The notes below the pieces were generated by a model that was given only the letters and a program-made list of their open reading frames with translations, was not told where the DNA came from and did not search any database. From Entomortierella parvispora E1425 (lineage: Eukaryota > Fungi > Mortierellomycota), in contig BQFW01000002.1 of the NCBI GenBank assembly GCA_020891255.1, positions 1,116,001 through 1,180,000 of the forward strand: 64,000 nucleotides of DNA. The letters run 5' to 3'. The position numbers and the translations under genes were made by a program. The first letter of the stretch is position 1. Every line of letters starts with the position of its first letter. Shown piece after piece: positions 45,343 through 58,790 of the stretch.

Positions 45343-48168
45343 CTAGGCTTGGCGGTGAGAAGGATGTCGAACTGAATGCATGCTCTGGTCCGCGTCTTCC
45401 TCTTCGTCGTCCTCTCCATATGGATCCTCTTCTTGACTTTCGCGATCCTGACTCATGGTTCCTCCCTGCGAGTAAAGTCCCGTACTACTCTGCATCGCCT
45501 CCTCTGTCGCCAAAGGAACATGGGAAGACTCTGCCAAGGTATCTTCCACTGTCAAAGAGGGTAGTGTCGTGGCGATCGTCGTAGAACCCGCAGCTGTGCT
45601 AGAGGCTGCAGTCGTAGTGGTCGGTGGGGCCATGACCGTTGCGGCAAAAGCATTCATCCCTGCCTCCGTCTCCTCAAACGGCACCAACGGCTCTAAAGTC
45701 GTCAACTCCTCGGGCATGGGCAACCCATTTTGGATCACCAACGACTCCAAAGCCCGGAATCGCCTCCACACTTCCCGGTTCTCGTCCTGAACTGCAGCCA
45801 TCTGGGTCCGCGTCCGGTCCAGTTCCTGGACCCGTTGCTCCATATCCTTGATATAGGCTTTTCTGCGGTTCCGGAACGTTCGCTGGGCAGCACGGTTCTG
45901 GGCCGCCCGTCGTGGATGGGTTATATTCCCGGTCAAAGTCAAAGAAGACGAAGATGCAGCAGCGGCAGGTCGGGAGGCGGTAGCAGTTGACTGAGAAGCA
46001 GAGGAAGGAGAAGCTTCCATGGACGCTGTCAAGGTGGCCTTGGCTCTCTTGCTCGCCCTCTTTGGAAGTGTCGAGGACGTTTCGGCAGCTGTCCGTTTCG
46101 TACCAGCAGAAGGTCGCGCGGCCGCTGCAGCGCCTGTCGCGACAAGACTCATTGTTGTCGTTGTCCTGGTCACGATCTTCTCGTCCCTGCCTTCAGGGCT
46201 TCCAGGGACCGATGCAGCCGCTGCAATGGAAACCGCAGAGGAGATCTTTGTCCGAGTGGATCTGGAGAGCTTGGCTAGATCTGACCTAGAGGCTGTGGCA
46301 GCGGTGGCAGCGGTGGAGGAAGAGGAGGCCCCGGAGGATTTCTTCCTGGACTTGACGGGGGAAGAAGGGACAGCGGACCCCGTGGAGCCCAGGGAGGAAG
46401 GCGCGACCGTGGTCACGCCTTGTGTCAAACCACCGCCACCCATTGAGTCTGTGGGATGAGCATGAGGATGAGCATGGCCTCCTGCAACTGCAGCGACCAG
46501 ATCCGTGGTCAAGGAAGGGAGAAGAGGAGCCGGCGGTGTTGGCGGCTGCTGGGCTTGCTGATGAAAGACCGAGCTTGTGTAGTCTGAACCAAATCCCAGC
46601 TTGGCCGACAATGGCTGCACTACCCCTGGACTGTGGATCCCGGAATCGTGTCGCTGCCGCTTGGGTGAAGCTGGGTGGTGGAGCGTCGAGGGTCCTGCCC
46701 CGGCTCCACTTGCACCAGCAATGACAGACGAGTAAGCCTGCTGGGCCGCTTGAGCAGCCTGAAAGGGGTATTGTCGATGATATTGCAATTGTTGCTGCTG
46801 CTGTTGCTGTTGTTGTTGTTGTTGTTGTTGTTGCTGTTGGGTCGATCTGTTGTGAGAACCAATCATGGTCGTGTCATCCTTCGGAACAGCAGAGGTCGAA
46901 GAAGAGGGAGGGGGAGGGTAAAGGTAGGAGAGCGAAGAAGATGGCGAGGCATGGACCATGAGAGCCGATGAAGAAGAGGTAGAGCTGGAAGAGCCCGAGG
47001 TGACAGGAATGGAGACAGACAGAGGCATGGACATTGATATAGCCGATGAGATGGCAGGACGACCTGGCGTTGTCGGTACAGAATCATACAGGAGATGTTG
47101 GTGTTGGTGTTGACTCTGCTGTTGTTGCTGATGTTGGTGGTACTGTTGATACTGTTCATGTTGCTGCTCAAAGGCTCGTTGTTGTTCATGTTGAAGTCGT
47201 AGCTCGTTCTGCTGTCGCTGGTGCATGAGCGACATGTCATTAAAAGGTAGCATCCGCTGTTGCTGTTGTTGCTGTTGTTGCTGTTGTTGATGATGGTGAT
47301 GCTGTTGCTGTTGCTGCTGAGGCGAAAGGCCATGAGGCGATCGTTGTGACTGTAGGACATGTTGCGTTGGTGTAGAGGGCGTCTGTTGTTGGGGGACTGA
47401 GGACGTATGGAGTTCAAAAGAAGGGTACATCAGGTAATCTACATGTGGGTTTTGGACATTGCCCTCGGCCTTGACCACTGGATAAGACGGTGAAGAAGGG
47501 GCACTGACGACCATCGGAGAGACCACCATGGGGAAGTGCATGCTGTGTTGCTGAGGCGATGGAGCCACCTGAGAGGGCGACGGGTGCGGTTGTGGGGAGT
47601 GATGAGAATACGTTGGGTAAGGGTGCTGAGCAGCGGACCTTGGCTGAGATTGAGAAGGGTATTGGAGAGACCGCTGGCGACGAGGCTGTTCGGGAGAGAG
47701 ACGGTGTGATGGAGGCTGTGGTTGGGCAGAGAGGGAAGGATGCGCGATGTGGTGGTACTGGTAGTGATGAGGTTGGGGCTGTGGAGGTGGTTGGGTTGGG
47801 TAGTGCGTCTGTGGGTGAGAGTGGGAGTGGGAGTGGTGTGAGTGGGGGTGCTGTTGTAGATGGGAGGGATGAGGAGAGTGCAAGAGAGAAGAAGAAGAAG
47901 AGGACGGTGCGAGCAGCTGATACTCTTGCTGGATGGGCGACGAGGGTGCTGACGCTATGAAGTGCTCCAGATGTGGGTGCTGCTGCTGTTGGGCCTGCTG
48001 TGGATGGTGATGATGTTGTTGGTCTTGGTGCTGTTGCTGTTGCTGCTGAATCATCTTGGCCATGCTCTCGTCCAGCTGCTGTTGCTGCTGTTGCTGCTGC
48101 TGCTGAGTCGGGTTCGTGACATCAAAGTACTCGTCGTTGTTCGGGAACACCATGACGCTCTGGAGCAT
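45343..48168 (-). CDS. bZIP transcription factor (AP-1/Yap-like basic region), Q/H-rich
   Basis: RRAAQNRAAQRTFRNRRKAYIKDMEQRVQEL followed by heptad leucine zipper; single long ORF. Confidence 0.9.
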   Translation of the reverse strand: MLQSVMVFPNNDEYFDVTNPTQQQQQQQQQQLDESMAKMIQQQQQQHQDQQHHHHPQQAQQQQHPHLEHFIASAPSSPIQQEYQLLAPSSSSSSLLHSPHPSHLQQHPHSHHSHSHSHPQTHYPTQPPPQPQPHHYQYHHIAHPSLSAQPQPPSHRLSPEQPRRQRSLQYPSQSQPRSAAQHPYPTYSHHSPQPHPSPSQVAPSPQQHSMHFPMVVSPMVVSAPSSPSYPVVKAEGNVQNPHVDYLMYPSFELHTSSVPQQQTPSTPTQHVLQSQRSPHGLSPQQQQQQHHHHQQQQQQQQQQQRMLPFNDMSLMHQRQQNELRLQHEQQRAFEQQHEQYQQYHQHQQQQQSQHQHQHLLYDSVPTTPGRPAISSAISMSMPLSVSIPVTSGSSSSTSSSSALMVHASPSSSLSYLYPPPPSSSTSAVPKDDTTMIGSHNRSTQQQQQQQQQQQQQQQQQLQYHRQYPFQAAQAAQQAYSSVIAGASGAGAGPSTLHHPASPKRQRHDSGIHSPGVVQPLSAKLGFGSDYTSSVFHQQAQQPPTPPAPLLPSLTTDLVAAVAGGHAHPHAHPTDSMGGGGLTQGVTTVAPSSLGSTGSAVPSSPVKSRKKSSGASSSSTAATAATASRSDLAKLSRSTRTKISSAVSIAAAASVPGSPEGRDEKIVTRTTTTMSLVATGAAAAARPSAGTKRTAAETSSTLPKRASKRAKATLTASMEASPSSASQSTATASRPAAAASSSSLTLTGNITHPRRAAQNRAAQRTFRNRRKAYIKDMEQRVQELDRTRTQMAAVQDENREVWRRFRALESLVIQNGLPMPEELTTLEPLVPFEETEAGMNAFAATVMAPPTTTTAASSTAAGSTTIATTLPSLTVEDTLAESSHVPLATEEAMQSSTGLYSQGGTMSQDRESQEEDPYGEDDEEEDADQSMHSVRHPSHRQA

Positions 48169-51100
48169 GCGACGGTTGTGAATAAGTGGTCAAAGAGACA
48201 GCACAGGGTCTTTTGCTCTTTCACTCTTTTCCGCTAAGGATGGAGTTGCGTGTCCGATCCGATCGGATGCCAAAGGGCTGAGAAAAAAAGGTCTCGACTG
48301 CAGAGTCGCTCTCTCTGTTCTGGCTTCGTGATAGAGTTGAACTTCCCTGGAGGAAACGAAGAACAGTCTGTGTTCCGGGTTGAAACGCGAAAGGGCGGAG
48401 TGCGAGCAGTGAATGGTCGAGGAAGAGCACAGAAGCAATCAATCGGGTCAAAATGATATGAGCGGGAAGAGAAGGGCGGAAAGGGGGGGATGGCAAGTGG
48501 ATTGGCGATCTAGGTAGCGAGAAGGGGAGGGAAGGAATATTGGAAGCCAATTATGAATTAGTTTACCAGTGTTAATGTGTGTATGCTTTGGAGAGGACCA
48601 ATGTTTGTCCATTTACAAGTCGCTTTCGGCTTTTGGAAGGGAAGGGAAAGAAGGGAAGAGGAGAGTGGAGGGAGATCCACATAAAATAAAAAAAAGAGAG
48701 CACAGCTCAGTTTGATGCGGCAGTCGAGATGAGCGTAAGCAACGAGGCTCGATCAGAGGGTTGGCCAGCCGAGAACGATGGCACTCAGGGGGGAAGAAAA
48801 AAAATCATGGCCAGGTGATTGCAGGGTCACCCATGGTTGCAGGGAGCGACCATGTGCAAAAGAGTCACCGAGAAGCTCTCCATCCCGAAGGCTGTTATCT
48901 GGTCGATTGGACAGCCTGGGAAGGCACACACACACCTGAGCTGCACCAATTACGCGGATTGACCGTTAGAAAGAACGAGGGAAAATGAACAAAAAGGACG
49001 AGATAGGTGGGATCAGAATTGTGAGCCTCAAAGCGAGACAGAGAGAGAGAAGAGGGAGTGAAAAAGAGAGAAGGAGGGAGAGGGTCGGTGTGGGTGGGGT
49101 GAGTTACCCACCCGACTATGGAAGCCAAGTCAGAGAGCAAATGAGGAAGGAGGAAAGAGAGATGGGGCTTGAGTAAGCGGTCCTCGGTTACATGCTTTCC
49201 AGAAAACATTGGGTCATCAGCACGGTCAGCTCAGGGTCCCCAGACACCAGGTAACCCACATCCAACCAGGTTCTCAGGCAGACGGACGTTTAGTCATCCG
49301 CCCACCCTCTGCCGCCCGTCCGCTCCAACGCCCGTCTGCACTGCACGCGGACAAAGATCGAAGTAGGGGCTCGCAGCAAACGTCGCGATACGATTGCCAA
49401 TTGTCTTTGATCAGGAGGGTAAAGGCAAAGAGAGAGAGAGCGCGAGGAGCACTGAGCAACAAGCGCGTTGTGTGCTCACCGATCATAGCGAGCCACAGTT
49501 TGAGCATGCACTCACGCTCCTTGCCTTGTCAGCGAGCTGCTTACTTACTTGTCGATCTTGGGTAGGGTTTCCGCGGCAAAAAAAATAATAATCGTAAATT
49601 AGGGTGACAGGGACAAGGTGTTACAGGGTGCAATTGACCTGCTTCCCAAATGTCGGTAATTGTTGTTTGTTGTTGGTGTTTGAGGTAAGGCTTGTTGGAC
49701 AAGGATCGGGGCGAGGGGATGTCAAACACAATGACAGAAGCGATGAGAGAATGCTGGAGGATAGAGAGAGATGCCAAAAAAGAGCGACAACAGAAACAGC
49801 AGGAGAAAAAGAGAAAGAGACAAAAAAGGGTTTGGCGGGTAGGTGTGCGCCCTGTGCATTTATATGTTTCTGGCAAGTGTGTCTACTCCTCCTGCCCTTT
49901 GTCCGCATCCCCTCCGCCAGGCTGCAACGAGAACAAGTCGTTTTAATATAATCACAGCGGTAATCTTTTTCCTTTGGAGCTGTATGTGCACTTTGTCAAC
50001 ACTGCCTTTGCACAGAATCAATTGAATTCCATTGAATGGAAGCACAGACTCGTGAAAACCCGCATCAAAAGGGTTCACTTCTCCGCCTCTGTGTCTTCTT
50101 TGTTTGTCCCTTTTTTTTTTTTTTTTTTTTTTTTACTGCTTCTCTCCCACCACACAACTTCAACATCTCAATCCGACCTATAAATAATAAGAGCCCTTTT
50201 GTCCACTCAATAGTCGATTGTATTCAATCCCTCAGCCGCCTTTCCGCAACCAGCTTTCTGTCTCCTCTCCGTAGAAAACCGTTAGACACTCCTCTCACTC
50301 TCACTTGTGTGTGTGTGAATGTGGAAACAAGATCGCGTCCTTGTCCTTCATTTTTATTTCTGGCCCCTCCTAGTTTTGTTGTAGGGTGCAAGGGTCTCTG
50401 ACTTCTGACCCTCCAGGACATTGTAAGAGGACGTCCGTTGTGAACCCTTTTCTATCCCTTTGTCTCTCTCTTTCTCTAATGGCTCCTTCTCACCCTGTCA
50501 GGAATGTCACTTCATCCACTCGTTGAACGGTTCATTTCCCAGCGGCGAACGAATAAAAGAGAGTCCGGGTATGAAATGAAGAAGCGACGCGCGCCTTACA
50601 TGTACATGCCAAGGGGCGGAGAGGGAACAGTGGGGGAAGGATGGGGGCAGTGTTCGACCTCAAAAAAAAATTGGCGTGTTGTTGACTCTGATCTCGCAAC
50701 ATCACCCTTTCTATCTGGGTTCTTTGACAAGAATGTTGGTTCTCTATCGCCTTCTGCATGCAAGCAACACGATTTACTGGTCACTACCCTGAATGTACTT
50801 TCCAAAGTACTTTGTTCGCCTACAGGCCGACGAACCACATGCAGCCGAGGGTTGTCCTTGCTGGAAATGAAAACAAATCAAGAGGCGACCAAGCAGCTGC
50901 GTGTGGCCAGTCGCAGGACGACCCTGACTGTCGGGTGCCCTGACTCTTGTCTCTGTTTCCCGAAGGGAGCCGTCCGGACAGAAGGGCGACCACAGAAGGT
51001 AGTCGTCATACTGGGCTGATACCTCCAAGGACCTTGATCTGTTATTTAATTTTTTTTCCATCAGACCACCAACGAGCATCATCTGCGTCACCTTCCAAAT

Positions 51101-52255
51101 GCTCATTCATGCTGTCTTGTGAAAAAAACCTTTGGACTGTTTGGTCTCGCCACTTTGCCTCTTTGCTTGTGCCAAGAGCGAGGTGTTATGTCGACTTTTT
51201 TCCTCTGCTGGTTCATTTCTTCACCTGCATTTTGTCATATTGTCATGCCAAAGATTTGCCTGTTGGGGATCACCTTTCGATCACAATATTACCTTCCCCC
51301 CATTCTATCAAGGACTAGAAAAAGGAAACAGTAACCCTTGACCCGACTGGACAATGTTCCTTCCCCTTCCTGCTCTTCCATTCCAATCTGCCTTCATTTC
51401 TACTCCAAAGAAAAAAAAATGTGAAAAGGGATCGGCAGTTGCAAAATGTCGTAGGTGTGGTTTGCTGCGAAACTGTTTTCCTTTTTTTTTTTTTTTTCCC
51501 TTTCTTGTTGCGCCCGACCCATCTCTCCTTTGTTTCTTCTATCAATTGCCGACTCCCGTGTATCATGGGTTGCTTTCTTCCATTGAGTGGGAATGGCGAC
51601 CTTGTGTTCACAAAGGCACGAAGTCGAGGAAAAGACAAAAAGGTGTTGCCCCTAGACCGTGTGCGTGCGAAGAAAACCTGCCCTCTGAATGTCTTCTTTC
51701 AAAAAGATGGATGAATACAACATGTCCCATTTTGTCTTGCAAACATTTTTCCTTCCTATCATTTTTTGATAGTTGGTTGTTCCATGGTGTGCCCAGACTC
51801 TCTCCATTCTGTCCAAGGACGACCTCCTTTGCTTTGTCCTTTTTTCTTTCTGCTTACTCGGCCACTTTCCGTCAGAGAAAAGAAGTGGTCAATATTATTT
51901 TCCCGCGCAGATCGGGCAATTACAACAGCTCTATCATCACAAACATAAGGAAAGATCTGCGAGGTTCTCCAACATTAATTTTGTAGGGTTGCATCGTCCT
52001 CTTTCTCGAGTCCAGATGTACGCGTCTCCTTTTCTGTTCTTATCCATGGGACTCAAAACGAGGTCTTCTCTCCCCGCCATAACCTTGTCCTGCCCAAGTC
52101 CGTTAGAGAACAGATAGGGGTCAGACGTGGGAGGGTAGGTAGTCAATTGTCCCAATGCATGTGCCACAGCAGAGCGGAAGAAAATGAGGAGTCAAGAGGA
52201 AGCATAGAAGAGGGGTTTGAATGCACAAGGAGAGGGGACAACCCTGCGAGAGAGA

Positions 52256-52260
52256 GACAC

Positions 52261-52311
<51 letters not shown>

Positions 52312-52315
52312 CACA
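52256..52315 (+). repeat. (AC)n microsatellite
   Basis: Directly visible dinucleotide run. Confidence 0.95.
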
Positions 52316-55300
52316 CAAGAGAGAGAGTGAGTGAGTGAGAGAGAGCGAGAGAATCTTTTCCTGTCCACCAGGCCAAGTGACCCCTCTCCTCTCGCCTCCT
52401 CTCCTTCTCTCCCACACACACGCCCTCTCTGCTTGGCCACATCTAGCTTCGATCCCTCTCTCTCTCTCTGTGCGTCGTCTTTTTTTTTTCGCGCCATTTC
52501 CTTTTCTAAGGTATTCTATCCTTCCCTTCTTGCCCTCCCTGCATACCCGCAAGATGATGGGGACCTGTTTGAGGTCTATTTTCTAACTCTTGGGACCTCT
52601 TCCGGAGACAGGGCCAGTCCTCGACTCTCACTCTCTTACACTGACTCGGCCCTTGTTTTGTACTCACCCTGCTTCTGGTCCCTTGCCTCTTGTCGCTTGC
52701 TCTCTTTTCTCGTTATATTTATTGTATTTTTTTAGTTTCGTTGAATTCTCATCATCCTTCAGTGACCAGACCACAAAGAAACAAGAGTTGTCCCGTTGGT
52801 GAATCTGGATCACACGAACAGCCGTTACTGTTTTTTGGGAGAAAAGAAGAAAAAAAAAGAAAAAGAAGAAAAAAAAACGCGCTTGCGCTTACAAATGCAT
52901 GAGAGACGGAGAGATGCTTGGAAGAGTTCTGTGAGTCTTGCTTGATGTTGTTGATGTTGACCGCTACTGTTACTTGCTTACTTGCTGTCAAAAGAAACCG
53001 AGGGGGGGGGGAGAGGAAGCCATGCAGGGGTGGTCTCAGGGTATGCAATGTTCATGTACGACCTGCTTGGAGGCCCTCTCGGAGAGAGATATGAGGTGGG
53101 AACATTACTTGACTAAACCTCCTCATTCTCTTTTTCTCGCCACAGAAGATTTTGATTTTTCTTTTTTTTTTTTAGATGAGATGCGAGTCGTCAAGAATGA
53201 AGGAAGGGTAGGAGATATGGGAGGAGGGGGAGAAGGGAAAAAAGAAGAGGGAGGAGAGGGATCATTTGGTAATCAAAGATCAAATCGAGGGGGGGCTGTC
53301 ATTCTCACATCTTTCCGTGCTTCATGGATGGAGTAGTGTTGGATTAGCCAAAAGTAAAGTTCAGGAACACAGTGAGTCTGACCCAAGGACGACCGTCTTC
53401 CAGAGAAAAAAAAAAGAGATCGACCATTGTTTGTCATCCTTGCGTCTAAGGAGACCTTAAACGTTGTCTCCAACGTCCTTCGTGTTGAATTCTGTCAGGA
53501 GTGAAGAAGTAGGGTGCAATCAGGTAAGCGAAATGGGGTTCACACGTGGTCATCAGAAGGATAAGCCTTGAGGGAAAGTTTTTTTGGGGGGAGGGTCCTT
53601 CATAGACTGCCAGGACGGTCGAGAGGTTACAATGGCGCGATCGATTGGGGGTGGAGGACCAGCTCTGCTTACGCTCTTGATGCTAAGTCTCCGTGTCTGT
53701 CGTGATTGATTGGGGTCAATATCATCACCTGTTATCAGGGAACACGGTGCGGGCAGTGCATTCTAGAGCTATTGTTTCAACCTCGACGAGGAAAAACTCT
53801 TTCAGATGTCGACCAATTCGGCCTTTGCTCCATTCCTCCAGAAACAGTAGCTGGTATGAAGAGCTTTACGCACGGGACAAGGGTCGACCTTTTGTCCCAA
53901 GAATGTCTACTCGGTGCCTGCATTTGACGTGAATAAGGGGTTCTTGGATCTGTGCAACAGTGCCCCCAATTGTAAGACAAAAATGTGCGGCCAGGAGGCG
54001 CTTCGGCCGCAAGCCCAAGAATTTTATTTTGTTTTGGACATATGGAGTTGGGAGTCTGTGCCACATTGCGTCTTTGTTTGTTGTTTTTCCTTTTTGAAGA
54101 GAGAAGATCGGGGCAACGTAACATGTGTACACTCTTGTCAAAAACAATGGAAAACAACCCCGATCGTTCTAACCCGATTGTCGAATATGGAGGTATGAAA
54201 AGGAGATGATTGCCTGCAGCGTTTCGTTTCAGGAGAGGAATTGACTTTTTCCACTTTTTGTGTAGCAAGGCGCGGGAGGACACAACGCAAGTTTTGTTGC
54301 TGTCAAACCATGTTTTCTTTGGGGAGGAGGAAAGGGGGGGAGCCTCCTCGGCCCGCGAATGAAGAAGCTTCTGTTCCCGAACCATTGCATCTCACTGCAG
54401 CAGCAAAGCTGGTCGAGATTGGTCCCCTGGATGAAATCGGGTTGAATACCAGCTGCAAGATGAAGCGAGATGAAGCAAGGTGAAGCACGGCGAACGCAGA
54501 GCCTCTCTCTCTCTTCTTTCTATGCTGTTCTCTCATGCTCACTAGCAGTCTCTGTCTCACGCTCCGTCCGCCCTCCTTCCGCGCCTCTCTTTTTCTTTCT
54601 TTCTACTCTCCATGCATATGTCTATCCATCTGTTCATCTTCAATGTTACTGCGTGTGTGTGCAGAGAGTGTTGGCTGATGCCTGATGGGATATGAACATG
54701 TGCTGCAGGTTCCCTCCTGGTTCGCGTTTGGTCACGTGTGGTTGCCAGTGAGGGATCAAACCGAGTGATCAATCGGGTCCCTGAGCTCTGCAGGTGTGTA
54801 TCCGACTCTTCCGGTGTGGGCGACGAGCGGGGTCCCGCCTGGGTACATGTGCTGTGGTCCTGACTCTGGGTGCTGTGGTCCTGACTCTGTGACTATGGTG
54901 CCTGCACGTCGTCTCCTTGCCCTTGCCAACGCCCCGCCCTTGCACTCCATGCCAAGAGAGAAGGCTCAAAAAATCAATCACGTGTGTCCAAGGGACAAAT
55001 TTCTCTAATTGCTTGCAAGGCCCAGCCATCATTTCTCTAATTGCTAGCAATCATCCGTCAACGACTGAAAGCGGGATGCTGCCCAACGAAGAGATGGTGA
55101 CAACAACAACAGCAACGGCAGCCGGCAGCAACAACAACAACAACAACAAGGGATGCATGTGCCTGCATCTCTCCTTCTTGCCGTGATCCGCTCCTCCCTC
55201 TCCTTCTTCATTCACTCGTCTCCACTCTCCCTGACTCTCCTCTCGTCCCTGCTCGTCCACCGTCCATCTCGGTGATTCTTTCTTTTTTTTTTTTTTTTTT

Positions 55301-55324
55301 TTTTTTTAAACATCCGAGTCGACC

Positions 55325-58317
55325 ATGCCAGATCCAATCATGTCTGCCCGCGGCTACCAGAGCGGATCCGAGGGTTCAGACCACCATCACGACGACGACC
55401 ACGACAAACACTTCTCCTCCTTTGGTAAAGCACCCACCCTGTGTCGCCTCTCTCCCTCGCTCTCTCTTTTTGCTTACTGCTCGCTTGCAGCTCTCCTGTG
55501 TGCCCCTGTGCGGTGCGCCTTTGTGTGCTCGCTCTGTTCGACCCTCCATTGCGCCTTTGCCAAAGTTGATGCTTGTTTCTGACATTGTCCTACTCCCCTC
55601 TTTCTTATTGTTCGCATGGTGCAATGGAACAGCAGAGTACATTGATCACTCAAAACACGATCCAGAAAAAGTCGTTGAGGTCAGCCCCAACGGTCGATAT
55701 GCAAAGGTATGGATGAGAGCAGTAGAAGATAAGAAAAAAAAATAGCCCACAAAACGACCTCTGCTGTCGCCGCAGCCCATTGCATGGAGATGGCGAGGCG
55801 GGTATTGAGACGCACCGAATTGCTGCATGGAAAGTTCCTACGCCTTGGCCATGGATTCTCTACCGGGATTGGGGGCGCATTGGAACTAAGGACAGAGTCT
55901 GGACAAACAATGGCTGCAGTTCTTGCTGTCATCAGCATAGAGCCTCGTGCTGGACAGGCTGGCAGTAACGAGTTGTTTGCTCGTGTCGTTCGCCGTCTTG
56001 CTGGCAGTCGCACGCACGCCGTCAGGTTGATTTGTCAGATGGGATATGACCGCAGGGGAGGGGAGAACTCTTTTGACGCTCTGCTGCCGCTACTGCTGTC
56101 TGTTGTTTATCCTGCCCTACTGGCGGGCCCGATGTTGCTTTTGTGCTCCTTTGCCTGATACCGAAATGGGCTTGTCAGCGAAATGAAATATGCGTCTGAA
56201 ATGAAGCTAACGCTCTTTACCTCGGTCTGAATAGCTCAACTCCGTTCTTGGAAAAGGCGCCTACAAGATCGTGTATAAGGGCATCGACCGCGAGGAGGGC
56301 TACGAGGTCGCCTGGAACTGCTTTCAGACCACAAAACAGGAGTACGCAGAGCTATCCCAGGAGGTCGAGATCCTAAAGAGAGTCCGCCACCCAAACATCA
56401 TCAACTTCCATGACTGCTGGTACAGCAACACCGAGTTCATTTTTATTACTGAGCTGATGACATCAGGCACCTTGAGAGAGTATGTTTTTTTTGGCCAATT
56501 TGTCAGCGGAATGTCCAGTGCTTTCTCACTATTTTCCCAAGAGCACCAGAGATCGCTTTTTTTTTGTACTCACTCGCTCTGTACCATGATAGATATATCC
56601 GCAAATTGCAATCACCAAATCTCAAGGTTGTCAAACGCTGGTGCAGACAAATTTTGAAAGGGCTGATCTACCTTCACTCGTACGACCCTCCAATTATTCA
56701 CCGCGACATCAAGTGCGACAACATCTTCATCAATGGTGCACACGGAGAAGTCAAAATTGGTGACATGGGTACTGCCAAGATGAAGATTGGCAAAAAATAC
56801 ACCGTCATCGGTAAGCATCCAGAATTGACTCGTTCATATCATACCGATTGTACACATTCGCGGTAAAAAAAAAACTGTTGTACTGATAGCTGTTACTCTA
56901 GGTACACCCGAGTTCATGGCACCGGAGATGTACGAGGAAAAAGGATATAGCGAAAAGGTTGACATCTATGCATTTGGAATGTGTTTGCTGGAGATGGTGA
57001 CCGGCGACTACCCATACAACGAGTGCAAGAATGCAGCGCAGATTTACAAAAAAGTCACCCAGGTACAGACTCACCACTCACCTGGCAGGCCGTATCTTGA
57101 GTGTGGTTGCGCTGTCGTTCCCCATACTCAATCTACTTCGGGACATGTTCTGCTCTCGAACTTTAGGGACTAAAACCAGAGTGTCTCAGCCGGATTATCG
57201 ACCCAGAAGTGTTGCATCTAATACAACGCTGTCTTGCTCCTGAGCACGAAAGGTAAATGGATATTCAGGGCCGGGAGGCATGTCTATAAGAACGCTGGGT
57301 GGAAATTAGATGCTAACCTTTCGAATTTCAATTCCGAATGGTTCTCTTCTTCTATAGATACTCTGCTCAGGAGGCTATTGAAGATCCGTTTTTAGGAGTA
57401 GAGCCCGAGGTGGTGGTTTTGACAACCAACGAAGCCAAGAATCATCTGACGTTACAGGTGGTGTTCAAGGGCATGGACATGCTGTCCGTCAAGTTTGAGT
57501 TTAATGCTGATACTGATACCGCTGAGGAGGTCGTCAACGAGATGGTAAAAAAAGCGTGTCTCCCTTGTCATTTTTGAATGTGCTGAAGCGACTCTTGAAT
57601 CTGACTGTGGATTCGAATGGGATTTAAAACCAATGTTATAGATCGAAGAGGCTGTTCTTCCTCAGAAATACCAAAGATACATTACTCATGACATCAACCG
57701 GATATTGCGCGAGATGGCGGGCACGGGCGACAAAAAGGATAATGCAGGACATGTTCCATCGTCACCCATGCCTCAAAATGGCCACGGTCTCCCTGGGGCT
57801 ATTTCTCAGCTGTCTCTTGACAATTCAGGGGGCACAGCCAGTCCCATCCCCCAGTTAGTCAGGGCCGCAAGTGATTTGAATCGCAAGAATTCTGGTTCAG
57901 AATGGACTACAGAAACCGAACTTCCCTTCAAAGGTAAAATGTTGGGACTCTTTGAAGTTTGTGAGGATACTTTTGAGAAAGAGCTGTTCAACTGACTTTT
58001 TTTTTCTTTTTTTTTTTTGTTGAACTCGTGTAGAATACAGCCTGGATGCGCCAATCGAGGATTTGGTCAACGATACGGCACTTGCGTATCACAGAGGCCC
58101 TGATAAGGCAGAAGAATGGTTGGCAAAACTCAAGAATCAGGATATTATGACGATTGGAGATTTGAGGGACCTTCAAGACTCTGACTGGGCGGGCTTTGAT
58201 CTCACTGTCTTTGCTTCCCGCGCTCTGAGGAATCGATTGTTTGGCAAGAGTATCAAACGCCCCAACCCCCTGACTCGGAACTCGTCTGGAGGTACCACAA
58301 CGGACGATGGACTCTAA
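55325..58317 (+). CDS. WNK (With-No-Lysine) family protein kinase with C-terminal CCT-like and SAM-like regions
   Basis: Multi-exon; [12 protein letters not shown] (Lys in subdomain I), EVAWN (no Lys in subdomain II), [63 protein letters not shown]. Confidence 0.92.
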
Positions 58318-58790
58318 CCCACTCAAGTCGCCATCTGCGTCGCTTTCCTCCACCCTTGATTCTTGGACAACCCAACCTATATTTTCACTATTAGCTAACC
58401 TATATCCCCGTTACCGCTCTTGAAGTAACGTCTCCAGTTTTATGATACTCGTTTTTTCTTTCTTTCTTACTCTCCCCTATTTTGCATACGTGTCATTTAT
58501 TACTACTATTACTTTACAAACACAGGCGATGATGACATGACATGACACACACGCACGAAAAAAAAGTCCCTCCCTGCTCATATCCCCCTTTCATACATCA
58601 TTTCTTAGACAGTCTACTCCACTCCACTCCACTCTACTCTACTCATGCATCCAAGGCCCATGTATATAAATTTATTTGAAAACTTGAAAAAGGGGCTCAC
58701 AGAGGAAGGGGATGGAAGGATGGACTCTTGTAACGTCTCTCTTCTCTCCAAACTTGAACATCGTCCTGCGGTGTTTTTTTTTTTTTTTTG

